In this document: positions 25,784-38,500 of the stretch, in pieces
Layout: each line of letters begins with the position of its first letter
How positions within the stretch are numbered: the first letter of the stretch is position 1
From: Octopus vulgaris
Taxonomy: Eukaryota
DNA length: 64,000 bases
Direction: 5' to 3'
Assembly (NCBI GenBank): GCA_951406725.2
Contig: OX597814.1
Location: forward strand, 177,010,001 to 177,074,000
Position numbers and translations under genes: made by a program
Notes under the pieces: model-generated
Seen by the model: the letters and a program-made list of their open reading frames with translations, nothing else
What the model was told of the DNA's origin: nothing
Database searches by the model: none

Positions 25784-26171
25784 TAATACACACATACATA
25801 CGCATATGTATAAAAAATATATGCATACAGAGCAACCATTACATTACATACACTCACACATCAGCAACAATCGATAGTATAGTAGAACCACACACACACA
25901 CACACACGCACATACGTACATAGATACATGCATACATACATACATAGATACATACATAGATACATACATACATGCATGCATAATACATACATACATACAT
26001 ACATACGCATATGTATAAAAAATATACGCAGAGACAATCACAACATTATATACACTTACACACACATCAGCAACAATCGATAGCATAGGAGAACCAAACA
26101 CACACACACACTCTCTCTCTCTCTTACACACACACAAACACACATTCTCTCCCTCGCGCACAGACACACAC

Positions 26172-26222
<51 letters not shown>

Positions 26223-26260
26223 TACACACTCTCTCTCCCTCTCTTTCTCACTCACACACA
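24232..26260. repeat. Compound microsatellite field, (TATG)n/(CATG)n/(CA)n/(TA)n/(TC)n
   Basis: Direct reading; the ORFs here are low-complexity artefacts. Confidence 0.95.
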
Positions 26261-27108
26261 CACGTGCTTGAGGCCATTTTTTTTCTCCCCATAGAAGGTT
26301 ATGATCTCAAACAGCAAACAAACTTAAAAGGTTTCATGTATATATTTGTAATAAAAAATGTCGACTTAGACCACCGCTAGTTTCCTTGGATCGTTTTTCT
26401 GCTTTGCACACACACACACACACATATGTATATATGTGTGTATGAATAATGAGCACTAACGATAAAAAAGAGTGAAAAGCAATGAAAATTTAGACTTCAT
26501 CAGCAGGCTTACTAAGGATTGTGACGGTTTCGACTCCTTGAGACGGAACCGCATATGCTACGGGTGTTATCAATCAATGGACACGGTGAGGCAGTGGTGA
26601 AGCAACAGAAAAAGAGAAATGAAAGTGTAAGAAAAAGATATATGGTTAAGACAAACAGTTAGGACATAAGCAAAAACATAGGTCTACATACGATAGAATG
26701 AAAATAAACTACAAGACTTTAAGTCAATTACCATCGAAATAAAACAAAACAACACTATTCTATTAACGAGTACGATGCGGAAGGGAAAGGAAAGAAAAGA
26801 CACGATAAGCGTTTAGACAATGTCCTTTAACCAATAGCCGAGAAGACAAGTTGAAAGGCAGGAGTTCATTGAGTATAATGGAAGTAGGAAGTGACGAGCT
26901 AGGAACGGAAGAAGGCACAACATAGAAAGGAAATGACGCAACATAGTAGCCAACTTCGTATATATATATGTATGTAGTTGTCATCTGTGTCTGTGTTTGT
27001 TCATCTAACTATCACTTGACAACCGCTGCTGGTGTGTTTACGTCCCCGTCACTTAGCGGTTCGGCAAAAAGAGCTCTATAAAATAAGTACTAGACTTACA
27101 AAGAATAA

Positions 27109-27193
27109 TGCATATGCCACGTGTATATGGCGTAGTGGTTAAGAGTGCAGGCTACTAACCCCAAGATTCCGAGTTCGATTCCAGGCAGTGACC

Positions 27194-27244
<51 letters not shown>

Positions 27245-27374
27245 GCATCGAAAATACCTTAGGAATGAGAACCCAGGTTCTGATGAAGGCTGGAGGGTAT
27301 ATCAGCCGAAACGTTGTGTTAACAACAAACAAGATGAGGACAAATATCTGTCAAATGTAAATAATGTAAATAAT
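27109..27374 (+). mobile_element. tRNA-headed SINE with (AAT)n linker and internal hammerhead motif, nested in a family 1 SINE
   Basis: TSD TTACAAAGAATAA at 27096-27108 and 27375-27387; A-box TGGCGTAGTGG; B-box GAGTTCGATTCC; CTGATGA-A-GGCTG..CAGCC-GAAACGTT at 27280-27315; AAATGTAAATAAT-type repeat tail. Confidence 0.85.
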
Positions 27375-27557
27375 TTACAAAGAATAAGTCCTGGGGTCAA
27401 TTTGTTCAACTAAAGGCGATGCTCCAGCATGGCCGCAATCAAATGACTGAAACAAGTAAAAGAATGAAAAAATAAATGCATATATATATATTTATGCATG
27501 CATGATCTCTCTCTCTCCCTCTGTCTGTCTGTCTGTCTCTGTCTCTGTCTCTCTCTC

Positions 27558-27633
<76 letters not shown>

Positions 27634-28678
27634 AACACATGCACACATACGACTGGTTTCCACAGTTTTCGTCTGCCAAATTCGCTCATCTGGAATTAGT
27701 CAGCCCAAAATTATAATAGAAGACACTTGCTCGAGGCGTCTTGCGATAGGACTGAACCCGAAGCCATGTGGATACAAAGCGAACTTCTTAACCATACAAC
27801 CATACTTGTACATACACACAAACACACACGTCCCCTCCCCATACAAATCAACACGACGGTACTTCCATTTACGTCTGTTGATTTTCCTTCTTTCAGGTAA
27901 CTGACTTCTGTTGGTTTCTACTCATTTAAAATCAAGTGTCCACAGTTATAATTTGTGCATTTTTTTATTTTGTTATTAGACGTTGGACATTGATTTGTTG
28001 TCACTTTTGCGATAGAGAAACTTCCAAGGACTTCGTTACTACAGTAACAATAGATTTTTGATTTATCAAAGTAAGGTGATATTTATATTAGCAATCTGTT
28101 GGCGCTTGTAAGTGCTTGTCAAATGTTGAGTGAATGGGATGGAACGCCATCTCAGAACATTTGTATTACGATTGGGTTCCATGTTTTTAGTCCATGATGC
28201 CTGTTCGGCAACTCTACAATTCTATTATAGAGAAGAACTCTGTGTGTGTTTTCTATCGATTTGTTTTATATCTTTCGATTGTTTCAGTCATTAGACAGCG
28301 GCCATGCTGGAGCACCGCATTGAAGAATTTTAGTCGAACGAATCCGGACGCTTCCAGAAAAAATAATTCAGTAACCGTTGGAAAACCGATTGTAGCAGTG
28401 ACTCGAACAATTGCTAGGGATATCTGAAAAAGGAATTTTTATATTCCAAAATATTATATCAGACTATGGATAATTAAATTATAACAGTTATTATAGCCCA
28501 TTGTCGTTATTATAGTGCATTGATGTACCATTCAAAACACATTATATTTTACAAACAATACACAATGCTTCAAGCGAACTACAATACTCTCCTAGACATA
28601 CATACAAACATACATACATGCAAGCATACATATATATATACATGTATAAGTATGGGATTATATAAACACAATTTATTG

Positions 28679-28722
28679 CAGTCCGACAATGGCATAGCTG
28701 GCCGAACTTCGAAGTCACTGTC
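28679..28722 (+). ncRNA. Decayed copy of the 18689 hammerhead family
   Basis: CAGT-CCGACAA-TGGCATAGCTGGCC-GAAC-TTCGAA-GTC-ACTG; core mutated. Confidence 0.6.
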
Positions 28723-28869
28723 GAGAACATTGTTTTATAAGAAAAATTCTTGATACAGTATTATAAATACTTGAAAAAAAAAAAATGAGTAGAGATGGCT
28801 TTTTTGGGTGGATAATTTTTAATTAAGATTAAAATAAAAATTATGCTCCCAAAAAAGCCAGCTCTACTC

Positions 28870-28921
<52 letters not shown>

Positions 28922-29860
28922 TAAAACATATGCATATATACATACATATATGTACATACCTACCTCTACATGTATATATACATGCATATATGGGTACAGG
29001 ACGCCAAAAAAAAAAAAACCTTGAACACAATGAGAAACGAAAACATAAACACAAAACCGAGGAAATTAACATTTTTTTTAAACAACGAAAAAATAGAGTA
29101 CAGGACATACAAACAAGGAAAATTCCCCTTTTATCTCGTTTGGCTTAACAGCCCTCCTTGTTTGTGTTACTGTTATTCTCCGTTGTCCTGTTTATATTTT
29201 GTACTGTCGTTACTGTCCTGTTTTTGTTACCATATTTACTCCACGGCAAAAAAAATCTCAAATTTGATTTAATTTGATTTCCGCGGGAAGGAAAATTTCA
29301 TTGAAGTCATGTATCGCCTGACCTTCGAAACGTGGAGTAGATGAAATTAAGGCGATATTATTAGAGGAGGAAAAAGCAAAACCAAGGTAGAACGAGAATC
29401 TCAAGTCATTTAGAATATATATATAAGATGAGATTCTTTCAGTGTTCGTCTACCAAATCCAGTCACAAGGCTTTGGTGGCCTGAGGCTATAGTGAAAGAC
29501 ACTTGCCCAAGGATCCACGCAGTGCAGTGGGACTGAACGCGGAACCATATGTTTGGTAAGCAAGCTACTTTCCACACAGCCACACTTACGTATATATTTT
29601 ACAAGATGAGTGGTAACGGTGACTTCTAAGTTTCAGCTTGCTAGCATTCATTGGACGACCCAATATAAGCTAGCAGGCCGAAGCTTCGAAGTCACTATCA
29701 CTACTTTTCTTGTAAAAGTTTAATACTCTACAAAATGTTTTAAGTAATCCTTCACTTTAATATTCTGTTGTATCTGGGGAGAGTCATTTTCTTTTTGTGC
29801 CTTATAATGTAACACACTCACCGGTAAAATTTCCACTATTTCTTATTTCTATTTTATTGA

Positions 29861-29897
29861 CTATTGAAAAGGTTGTAAAACGCAATGAAAATTTTAG
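29861..29897 (+). ncRNA. Hammerhead-like motif with U3-A8 core, in the loop of a fold-back with about 90-bp arms (29760-29991)
   Basis: CTA-TTGAAAA-G-GTTGT-aaaac-GCAAT-GAAA-AT-TT-TAG; decayed sister copy at 36586-36622. Confidence 0.55.
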
Positions 29898-30320
29898 GAA
29901 AATAAAAATAAGTAGAAATTTTACCGGTGAGTGTTTTACATTATAAGGCACACACAAAAAAAAATGACTCTCGCCAGAGACAACAGAATATGCTTCAACA
30001 CACGAACTCATATAAATAATCTTGCAAACCAAATCCAAAAATGAAATATAATTCACTTTAATACTTTAATATAAAATAGTTTTTAATTATAACTCGACAT
30101 AAAAACAAGAGTATATAAACACACACACACATACACATGCACCACCCATAGTCATCAATTGCAAGCGAGTATGACGTGGTAGCATCTACCATGATTTTGC
30201 TAACTGCTTTTAGGTGTTACTGTAGTCGCAAACAGACATAGACATTTTCTTGGCTGTTCCGCTCTTGATCCATCCAATTAGCCAAGATATATCAGTTGGA
30301 GAGAGAGAGAGAGAGAGGAG

Positions 30321-30351
<31 letters not shown>

Positions 30352-30997
30352 GGTGTACCAGGGATGGGCTGGTACTGATTTTCAGCTGGGTAGATCACGT
30401 TGAGTGGAGGCGCGTGGCTTAGTGGTTAGGGTGTCAGCATCATGATCGTAAGATTGTGGTTTCGATTCCTGGACCAGGCGACGCATTGTGTTCTTGAGCA
30501 AAACACTTCATTTCACGTTGCTCCAGTCAACTCATCTGGGAAAAATGAGTAACGCTGCGATGGACTGGCGTACCGTCCAGCTGGGGAACACACACGCCAT
30601 AGAAACCGGGAAACTGGGCCCATGAGCCTGGCTAGGCTTGAAAAGGGCGCAAAGGGGAAACGGGAAGATCACGTTGAATGATGTTGCTTTTCTCAAGGAA
30701 CTACAATGCCGAACTTGGTTCACGAATCGAACCTGCGATCTTATAGTTGTGAGCATAGCACGCTAGCCACGGGGCCACCCATATACATAATACATACATA
30801 CACACACACACACACGCACAGGTGCATACACACGTACGCTATTGTATGAAGGAAGCGCGTAGTTTCATCCGTCGTCACATTAGGCAGGCAACGATGCATT
30901 AGCCATCTGTGCAGAAGCAAAGAAAAGGAGGAAAATAAATAACAGAGATAGGAAGGAAACATATCTGTAATTCTTCAATGTATTAATAAATACACAG

Positions 30998-31030
<33 letters not shown>

Positions 31031-31453
31031 ACATAATATAATATAATGTAATATACTCTAATATAATATAATATAATATATATATATATATATGCACAGG
31101 CGCGCACACACAAAAGTACTGTATGTGATTATGGAACGAAACTTCATACCATTCATACCCATTATATGAACACTGCTGAAAGATTACAATTACGCTAGAG
31201 CTGTCATCATGTGTAAGTAAGTGATGTTCATTCCTGCAAGTGAAGAGTTACTTTCGAAAAATATAGAATAAATAACTAGAAGCACAAAAGTAAACATTTA
31301 GCGAAATTCCCCCCTCTCCAGGTGCAAAATTAATTCAGCTAGTCATCTGGTGGAATGGAATAAACTATCTAAGCATTGCTTACCTACAATACGAATACTA
31401 ATAATAAAAATGGTTACATTTTTATTATTGCATTTCATATATATATATATATA

Positions 31454-31492
<39 letters not shown>

Positions 31493-31962
31493 AATATTTG
31501 AAGGAAAAAGGTAACCAAATTGCATATGAATTGACGAGGTGGGAAACTTTCATAAAATTCAATTTTCATCTGTTTGCTAAATAGAAGTACGTGTTTCCTT
31601 TATTATATGTTCTTATGCGATTTTTGCTGTATTAAAATTTCATTTTTTTAAAAAATTCTCTTTTTTAAATTCTTTTTTTATTTGGAACCAGATGTTTCTC
31701 AGAACGTGATGCTTTGTCAAAAATGAAAATGTGAGGCTTTTAAGGATTCGCGTTGCGTTATAAATATTTGAAATGGAAAAATGTACAAAATTTTCTGATC
31801 ATGAATGCAATGGAGATGTTTAAGAAGGACATTTTTAAAATGGTTGAAAATGAGGTCTCCACCTGCTGCCGTCTATTAAGTATCGCTATTATCTCCAGGT
31901 GTTCCGTGCACGCAAATGATATTTGTAATATTTATTAAGCATGGGCGTATATTTGTGTGTGC

Positions 31963-31964
<2 letters not shown>

Positions 31965-32030
<66 letters not shown>

Positions 32031-32037
32031 GTATACT

Positions 32038-32068
<31 letters not shown>

Positions 32069-32109
32069 GTATACTTATATATATATATATATATATATAC
32101 ATATGTATA

Positions 32110-32165
<56 letters not shown>

Positions 32166-32208
32166 TATGTATACTATATATATATATATATATATACATA
32201 TGTATACT

Positions 32209-32300
<92 letters not shown>
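31965..32300. repeat. (TA)n field with repeated CATATGTATACT interruptions
   Basis: Direct reading of the sequence. Confidence 0.95.
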
Positions 32301-32303
<3 letters not shown>

Positions 32304-32440
32304 CATCGTACATTTAAACACATTAAGAGGTTTCCATCATAGGAATCCTTTACGCTAGAAAGAACTGCTAAAGTCCAAACCACTAATTTAGGGATAAATT
32401 CTCGAAGGGAATAAAAAATAAAAACATTTACCATCTCTTT

Positions 32441-32510
32441 CCTGGACCATGGTTTCTGACTTATTCTAGTAAATAAAATAATTTACTATGGCGTAGTCTT
32501 CATCAACAGG
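32441..32510 (-). ncRNA. Type I hammerhead motif with extended stem II
   Basis: Minus strand: CCTG-TTGATGA-A-GACT..TAGTAAAT/ATTTACTA..AGTC-A-GAAAC-CATG-GTC-CAGG; palindrome ACCATGGT, GUC triplet. Confidence 0.8.
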
Positions 32511-32521
32511 GACGCCAAGAT

Positions 32522-32572
<51 letters not shown>

Positions 32573-32867
32573 GTATGTATGTATATCACATATTTACATA
32601 CATACATATACTGGTGGGTAGATTAGAGATCACTATCACCATTGTCATGATTATTTGGCAGTATTATTAGCGTATCGGACAAAATACTTAGCGTCATTAT
32701 GTTCTGAGTTCAAATACCGTCTAGGTTGACTTTGCTTTTCATCCTTTTGGAGTCAATGAAATAAGTACCAATCAAGTATTGGTATCGATGTAATCGACTA
32801 GCCCCCCCCACCTCACTCCAAAATTAAGGTCTTGTGCCTATAGTAGAAATGAATTGTTGCTGTTGCT

Positions 32868-32949
32868 GTCTTCTTCTTCTTCTTCTTCTTCTTCTTCTTC
32901 TTCTTCTTCTTCTTCTTCTTCTTCTTCTTCTTCTTCTTCTTCTTCTTCC
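32868..32949. repeat. (CTT)n microsatellite
   Basis: Direct reading of the sequence. Confidence 0.95.
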
Positions 32950-33637
32950 AATCAGGACTCACGCCATTAGCCACCAAGAATAATCTCTAATTCGAGCCTA
33001 CTCTAAGTTACTAAGAATGCGTGTGGCAACTTGAAGATCCACCCACCACACGCGATAGACTGGAGGTTGCACGGGCGGGAAAGCTACGTTGCTATCCTCA
33101 TTCCATAAACGGTGGCTTTTAACGGGTGGAGAGCTGAACCATCCTGGGGTACAAAGGATTCGCAATCTAGACTAGGGTCTGAAACTTTACCACACCATAG
33201 TGTGGTTACACCATGGTTCCTCTACTTTGTGGAAGAAGTAGGAAGAAAGAGAGAGAAAGTTGTGGTGAAAGAGTACAGCGGGGTTCACCACCACCCCACC
33301 GGAGGATCGTGGAGCTTAGGTGCTTTTGTTCAATAAACACTCACAATGAGTGGTCTGGGAATCGAAACCGCGTTCTTACGACCGCGAGTCTGCTGCCCTA
33401 ACCACTGGGCCATTGATGTTGTTGCTGTTGTGGTGGATTGATAGAACCGTTACTGTCGGATAAAATGCCTTGAACTATTCGTCCCGGTTCTTTAGGTTCT
33501 GAGTTCAAATTCTGGCAAGGTCAACTTTGCTTTTGATCCTCCCGAAGTCGATAAATTAAAGTACGAGTCAAGTCCTAGAGTGGTTGATTTAATCGACTGC
33601 CAATCAAAGTACCAACATTCAATGGAAGTGGTTTGTC

Positions 33638-33708
<71 letters not shown>

Positions 33709-33814
33709 TGTCTCCTTGTCATAGGATTTTATGCCAGAAAGGATAAGGAAAGTGATATATCCAGTTTTGCAAATAACGGTCAGTTTCTATATGCCATCGA
33801 AAAAAGTGCGAGAG

Positions 33815-33864
<50 letters not shown>

Positions 33865-34496
33865 AGGAGAGAGAGAGAGAGAGACAGACTGATAGACAGA
33901 GAGCTCGCGCCGATGTATAGCAACATGTGAGCTCTTTCGTTTTGGACAGAGCAAAGTGAAACGTGTGGCTGCTGTTTTACTGACGACGAAGCGAGAAGAC
34001 CGGCGTGGCTCCTGCGCTACATGTTTGCCCGTAGATCACTAGCGTGGTATATGAGAGAGGCGGATACGATAATCATGACCAGATGCATTAGTGCTAATCC
34101 GAATCCTTAGTTTTTTGTCACACCTGCGCCATAATATTACTTTCAAGTTTTGGCACAATACCCGCAATTTCGGGGAAGGGATAGATAAATTAGATCGACC
34201 CCAGGGCTCAACTGGTGCTTATTATATCCTCCCCGAAAGGGTGAAGGTCAAAGTCGACCCAGACGGAATTTGATGTCGGGACGTAAAAGGCGGACGAAAT
34301 GCCGTTAAGCATTTTGCTCACGTGCTAACGATCATGTCAGCTCATCGCCTTACATCTGTGCCATAACATTAGCAGTTGACAAGCTCATAAATTACCCGCA
34401 ATAACAAGTCATAAAACCCCTCGAACACCACTAAACTATCTTCGAAAATATTTAGCTTCAGTTCAGAAGATCCAGATGGCAATTGAGAGAGGGCAA

Positions 34497-34730
34497 AAGG
34501 CGGCGAGCTGGCAGAAACGTTAGCACGCCGGGCGAAATGCGTAGCCGTATTTCGTCTGTCGTTACGTTCCGAGTTCAAATTGCGCCGAGGTCGACTTTGC
34601 TTTTCATCCTTTCGGGGTCGATAAATTAAGTACCAGTTACGCACTGGGGTCGATGTAATCGACTTAATCCCTTTGTCTGTCCTTGTTTCTCTCCCCTCTG
34701 TGTTTAGTCCCTTGTGGGTAGTAAAGAAAT
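34497..34730 (+). mobile_element. Young full-length SINE family 2 copy
   Basis: 16-bp TSD AATTGAGAGAGGGCAA at 34481-34496 and 34731-34746. Confidence 0.9.
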
Positions 34731-34793
34731 AATTGAGAGAGGGCAAGGAACATCTAATGCAGAACGTGTTTCACACTTTGCCATTGTGTAAGA

Positions 34794-34847
<54 letters not shown>

Positions 34848-35655
34848 GTGAAAGAGAGAGGGGCAAATAAAACCCATTCTTTACAGCGGGGAAAAATGGT
34901 TGGGTATTGGTTTGGTCCAGCAATTCGATCCCGCAAAGCATATATAATATGAAAGCCTACTACAGAACAAAATAATGATTGTGTCAAGGCCGTGTCTGCA
35001 AATAAGGAGATTAGAAACGAGAAGGGGAAATAAACACATATATAAATATATAATTCTGAAAAATTTGTTCACCATTTGGATTTTCTCTCTTGTTAGGTGT
35101 GCCAAAAGTCTTCCAGCTAGTTATTTAGAGCTTCTGTTCATCGCACCTTCTTCAGTTCAGCGGATTTAATGAATGAACGAGTGAATGGAGGAATAAAGGA
35201 ATAAATAAAACAACTTTAAAAAAAAAACCAAAAAAAAAAAAAAAAAAACAGTAAAATAAATTACTGCGCAAGCTGAACTAAAATCTAATCTCAACCAGTT
35301 TTAAGAAGAAATCAATAATTTCTAAAATGTTTCTAACGGGTGTTTGTTGTTTCCTGTAAATCTTAGATGTTAAGTTTGGTCTCCTGCACAAACACTGAAA
35401 GCGCGTCTACATAACGAATAGGCAACTACGGATGTTAGCTTATTATATGTATTTATGCATGCCTGTATGCATACAGGTACGTTATTATGCATGCCTGTAC
35501 ATGTATATATTTATATGCAAATATGCAAGCGCATACGTATGTATGTATGCATGTATGCATGTATGCAAGTATGCTTGCATGAATGTATGTATGGATATAT
35601 GTATGTATGCTGTATATCATTATTCAGTTTTATTTCAAGATTTCTTGCCAATAGA

Positions 35656-35704
35656 GAAAGAACCGGTTTCTAACCTAGACCCAAGGCTCCTTCATTGGAA
35701 TTTC
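35656..35704 (-). ncRNA. Decayed hammerhead-like motif in a short repeat (3' part duplicated at about 35787-35847)
   Basis: Minus strand: CCAATGA-AGG-AGCCT-tgggtct-AGGTT-A-GAAAC-CG-GTT; palindrome AACCGGTT; stem I is poor. Confidence 0.4.
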
Positions 35705-37062
35705 AACATCAACAACAGGGTATTTTTTTATGTATGTATGTATGTATGTATGTATGTATGTATGTATGTATGTATGTATGTATGTCATTCAGCCTATTTC
35801 GAAATTTCTTGCTAATAGAGAAAGAACCGGTTTCTAACCTAGATCCTGTATGTATGTATGTATGTATGTATGTATGTATGTATGTATGTATGTATGCATG
35901 TATGCATGTATGTATATGTGCAGATTTATATGTTTTGTTTTATGTGTGTCTTCTCATGCATGTACTTGCATATGTAGACATGATCGTATATACTTAAATG
36001 ATAAACTTTTGGAAAGTTTTACAGATTTTTACAGTTCCAATGATGGATTGGATTTGTAGTCTTCGAATGTATGTATGTGTGAGCGTGAGTGTTCGTGTGT
36101 GCATGTCTCTATGTATGCTTGAAGGTACCTATGTATATATGTATATATATATATATATATATTATTTTTTTACTTGTTTCAGTCATTTGACTGCGGCCAT
36201 GCTGGAGCACTGCCTTTAGTCGAGCAAATCGCCCCCAGGACTTATTCTTTGTAAGCCTAGTACTTACTCTATCGGTCTCTTTTGCCGAACCAGCAAGCAC
36301 ACCAGCATCGGTTGTCAAGCGATGTTGGGGGGACAAACACAGGCACACAAATATATGCACACACACATATATATATATATATACATATATACGACGGGCT
36401 TCTTTCAGTTTCCATCTACCAAATCCACTCACAAGGCTTTGGTCGGCCCGAGGCTATAGTAGAAGACACTTGCCCAAGGTGCCACGCAGTGGGACTGAAC
36501 CCGGAACCATGTGGTTCGTAAGCAAACTACTTACCACACAGCCACTCCTGCGCCTATATATATATAGGTATACATATATCAACGACTATTGAAAGGGTTG
36601 GAAGATGCAACGAAAATTTTAAAAATTTAAAAAAAAGAAATAAGTGGAAATTTTACCGGTGAGTGTGTTAAATTATAAGGCACCAAAAGAGAATGACTCA
36701 CCCCAGAAACAATAGAATATGCTTCAACACACGAACCCACATAAAAAATCTTGCAAACCAAATCCCAAATCGAAATATATATATATATATATATATAAAG
36801 TTAATCCAAACATGAAAACACAAAGAGAAAACACAACTACGTGAGGACGTGGAACAAGTATAGTGTTATTGGACGCTCAGAAAAGGAAAGAAAGAAGGAG
36901 GACTTAACGCTTCGAGGGAAGACGGAGGAAAAAAATCTCCAACGATACACACGCTGTCACATTGGCGATTTTTTTCCTCCGTCTTCCCTTCCTTAGATTT
37001 TTCCTTTTCCTATGTTTCTGACGAAGACCTCCGCTCGAAACGTTAAATCCTCCTTTCTTTCG

Positions 37063-37790
37063 CCGGGCGAAATGCTGAGCGGTATTTCATCTGCCGCTAC
37101 GTTCTGAGTTCAAAGACTTTGCCTTTCATCCTTTCGGTGTCGATTGAATAAGTACCAGTTACGCACTGGGGTCGATATAATCGACTTAATACGTTTGTCT
37201 GTCCTTGTTTGTCCCCTCTGTGTTTAGCCCCTTGTGAGTAGTAAAGATATAGGTATTACGTCAGCCGCTACGTTCTGAGTTCAAATTCCGCCGAGGTCGA
37301 CTTTGCCTTTCATCCTTTCGGTGTCGATTGAATAAGTACCAGTTACGCACTGGGGTCGATATAATCGACTTAATCCGTTTGTCTGTCCTTGTTTGTCCCC
37401 TCTGTGTTTAGCCCCTTGTGGGTAGTAAAGATATAGGTATTACGTCAGCCGCTACGTTCTGAGTTCAAATTCCGCCGAGGTCGACTTTGCCTTTCATCCT
37501 TTCGGTGTCGATTGAATAAGTACCAGTTACGCACTGGGGTCGATATAATCGACTTAATCCGTTTGTCTGTCCTTGTTTGTCCCCTCTGTGTTTAGCCCCT
37601 TGTGGGTAGTAAAGATATAGGTATTACGTCAGCCGCTACGTTCTGAGTTCAAATTCCGCCGAGGTCGACTTTGCCTTTCATCCTTTCGGGGTCGATTAAA
37701 TTAGTACCAGTTACGTACTGGGGGCGATCTAATCGACTGGCTCCCTCCCACAAAATTTCGGGCCTTTTGCCTAGAGTAGAAAAGAATATT
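37063..37790 (+). repeat. Head-to-tail tetramer of the SINE family 2 body (184-bp period)
   Basis: GGTATT junctions at 37252, 37436 and 37620. Confidence 0.9.
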
Positions 37791-38031
37791 CAAAAACTAG
37801 TTTTATAGAAACTTCTTTCAAAATTCATATTTTGTTTTTTCACGCATTCCCTTGTGTGGGTTGAACTATGTAAAATGTTAGAGAAAGAAGCCAAACTGTT
37901 TCCTGCAATACATATCAATAAATACATCTAAAGCAAATTTTTTTCAGGGCTCCTTAAAATATTATTGTGGACCCCGCCAACATTTTATATGGACCCTCAG
38001 GGGCTATGTGGACCTCAGTTGAGAACCACTG
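37790..38031 (-). mobile_element. Partial copy of the hAT-type MITE at 3129
   Basis: Reverse-complement similarity to 3129-3390; ends GTTGAGAACCACTG. Confidence 0.7.
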
Positions 38032-38265
38032 ATTTAGTCCATGTTCTTTTTTCCCCGACTTGAAGACAAGATAATATGTCAAGCAGGAAAATAGGCAGCC
38101 TACGATATCAGCAGAAGAAAACTTTGGAGGAAGAGTTCACGGTTCGGTGATGACTGAAGATGCACAGGATAAGGCTGGCGAAAATACGTGGAGGCAGGCC
38201 TTTTGTGTCAACTGCTGGAGGCGGGAGAAGTATCAGTACTATGTGAAATCATTACAATATCCTCA

Positions 38266-38329
<64 letters not shown>

Positions 38330-38339
38330 GCTGCTGCTA

Positions 38340-38382
<43 letters not shown>

Positions 38383-38453
38383 GCTACTACTACTGCTGCT
38401 GCTGCTGCTGCTGATGCTGCTGCTACTACTACTACTACTACTGCTGCTGCTGT

Positions 38454-38500
<47 letters not shown>
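38266..38500. repeat. (TAC)n/(TGC)n microsatellite
   Basis: Direct reading of the sequence. Confidence 0.95.

Noticed and set aside
24093-26251. Long ORFs rich in YI/HT/CV/MYVC (also 31876-32434, 49469-50225, 55263-57481)
   Set aside because: These are translations of (TA)n, (CA)n and (TATG)n microsatellites with no coding signal.
26485-26545. Possible type II hammerhead on the minus strand (GAAACCGTC...CTGATGA)
   Set aside because: Stems I and II do not pair convincingly.
27127-27190. Functional tRNA gene
   Set aside because: A and B boxes are present but there is no proper acceptor stem, and it is fused to a TSD-flanked SINE body; the same applies to the other SINE heads.
29278-29340. 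Hammerhead-like GAAGG..CCTTC-GAAACGT (also weak cases at about 18965-19005 and 50160-50220)
   Set aside because: A stem II and GAAA half is present but there is no recognisable 5' core; at most decayed remnants.
30172-30179. TGACGTGG UPRE-like site near the S1P gene
   Set aside because: A single 8-mer about 21 kb downstream of the stop codon, expected by chance.
37063-37790. CRISPR-like array
   Set aside because: Units are contiguous SINE bodies with no unique spacers; the context is eukaryotic and no cas genes are present.
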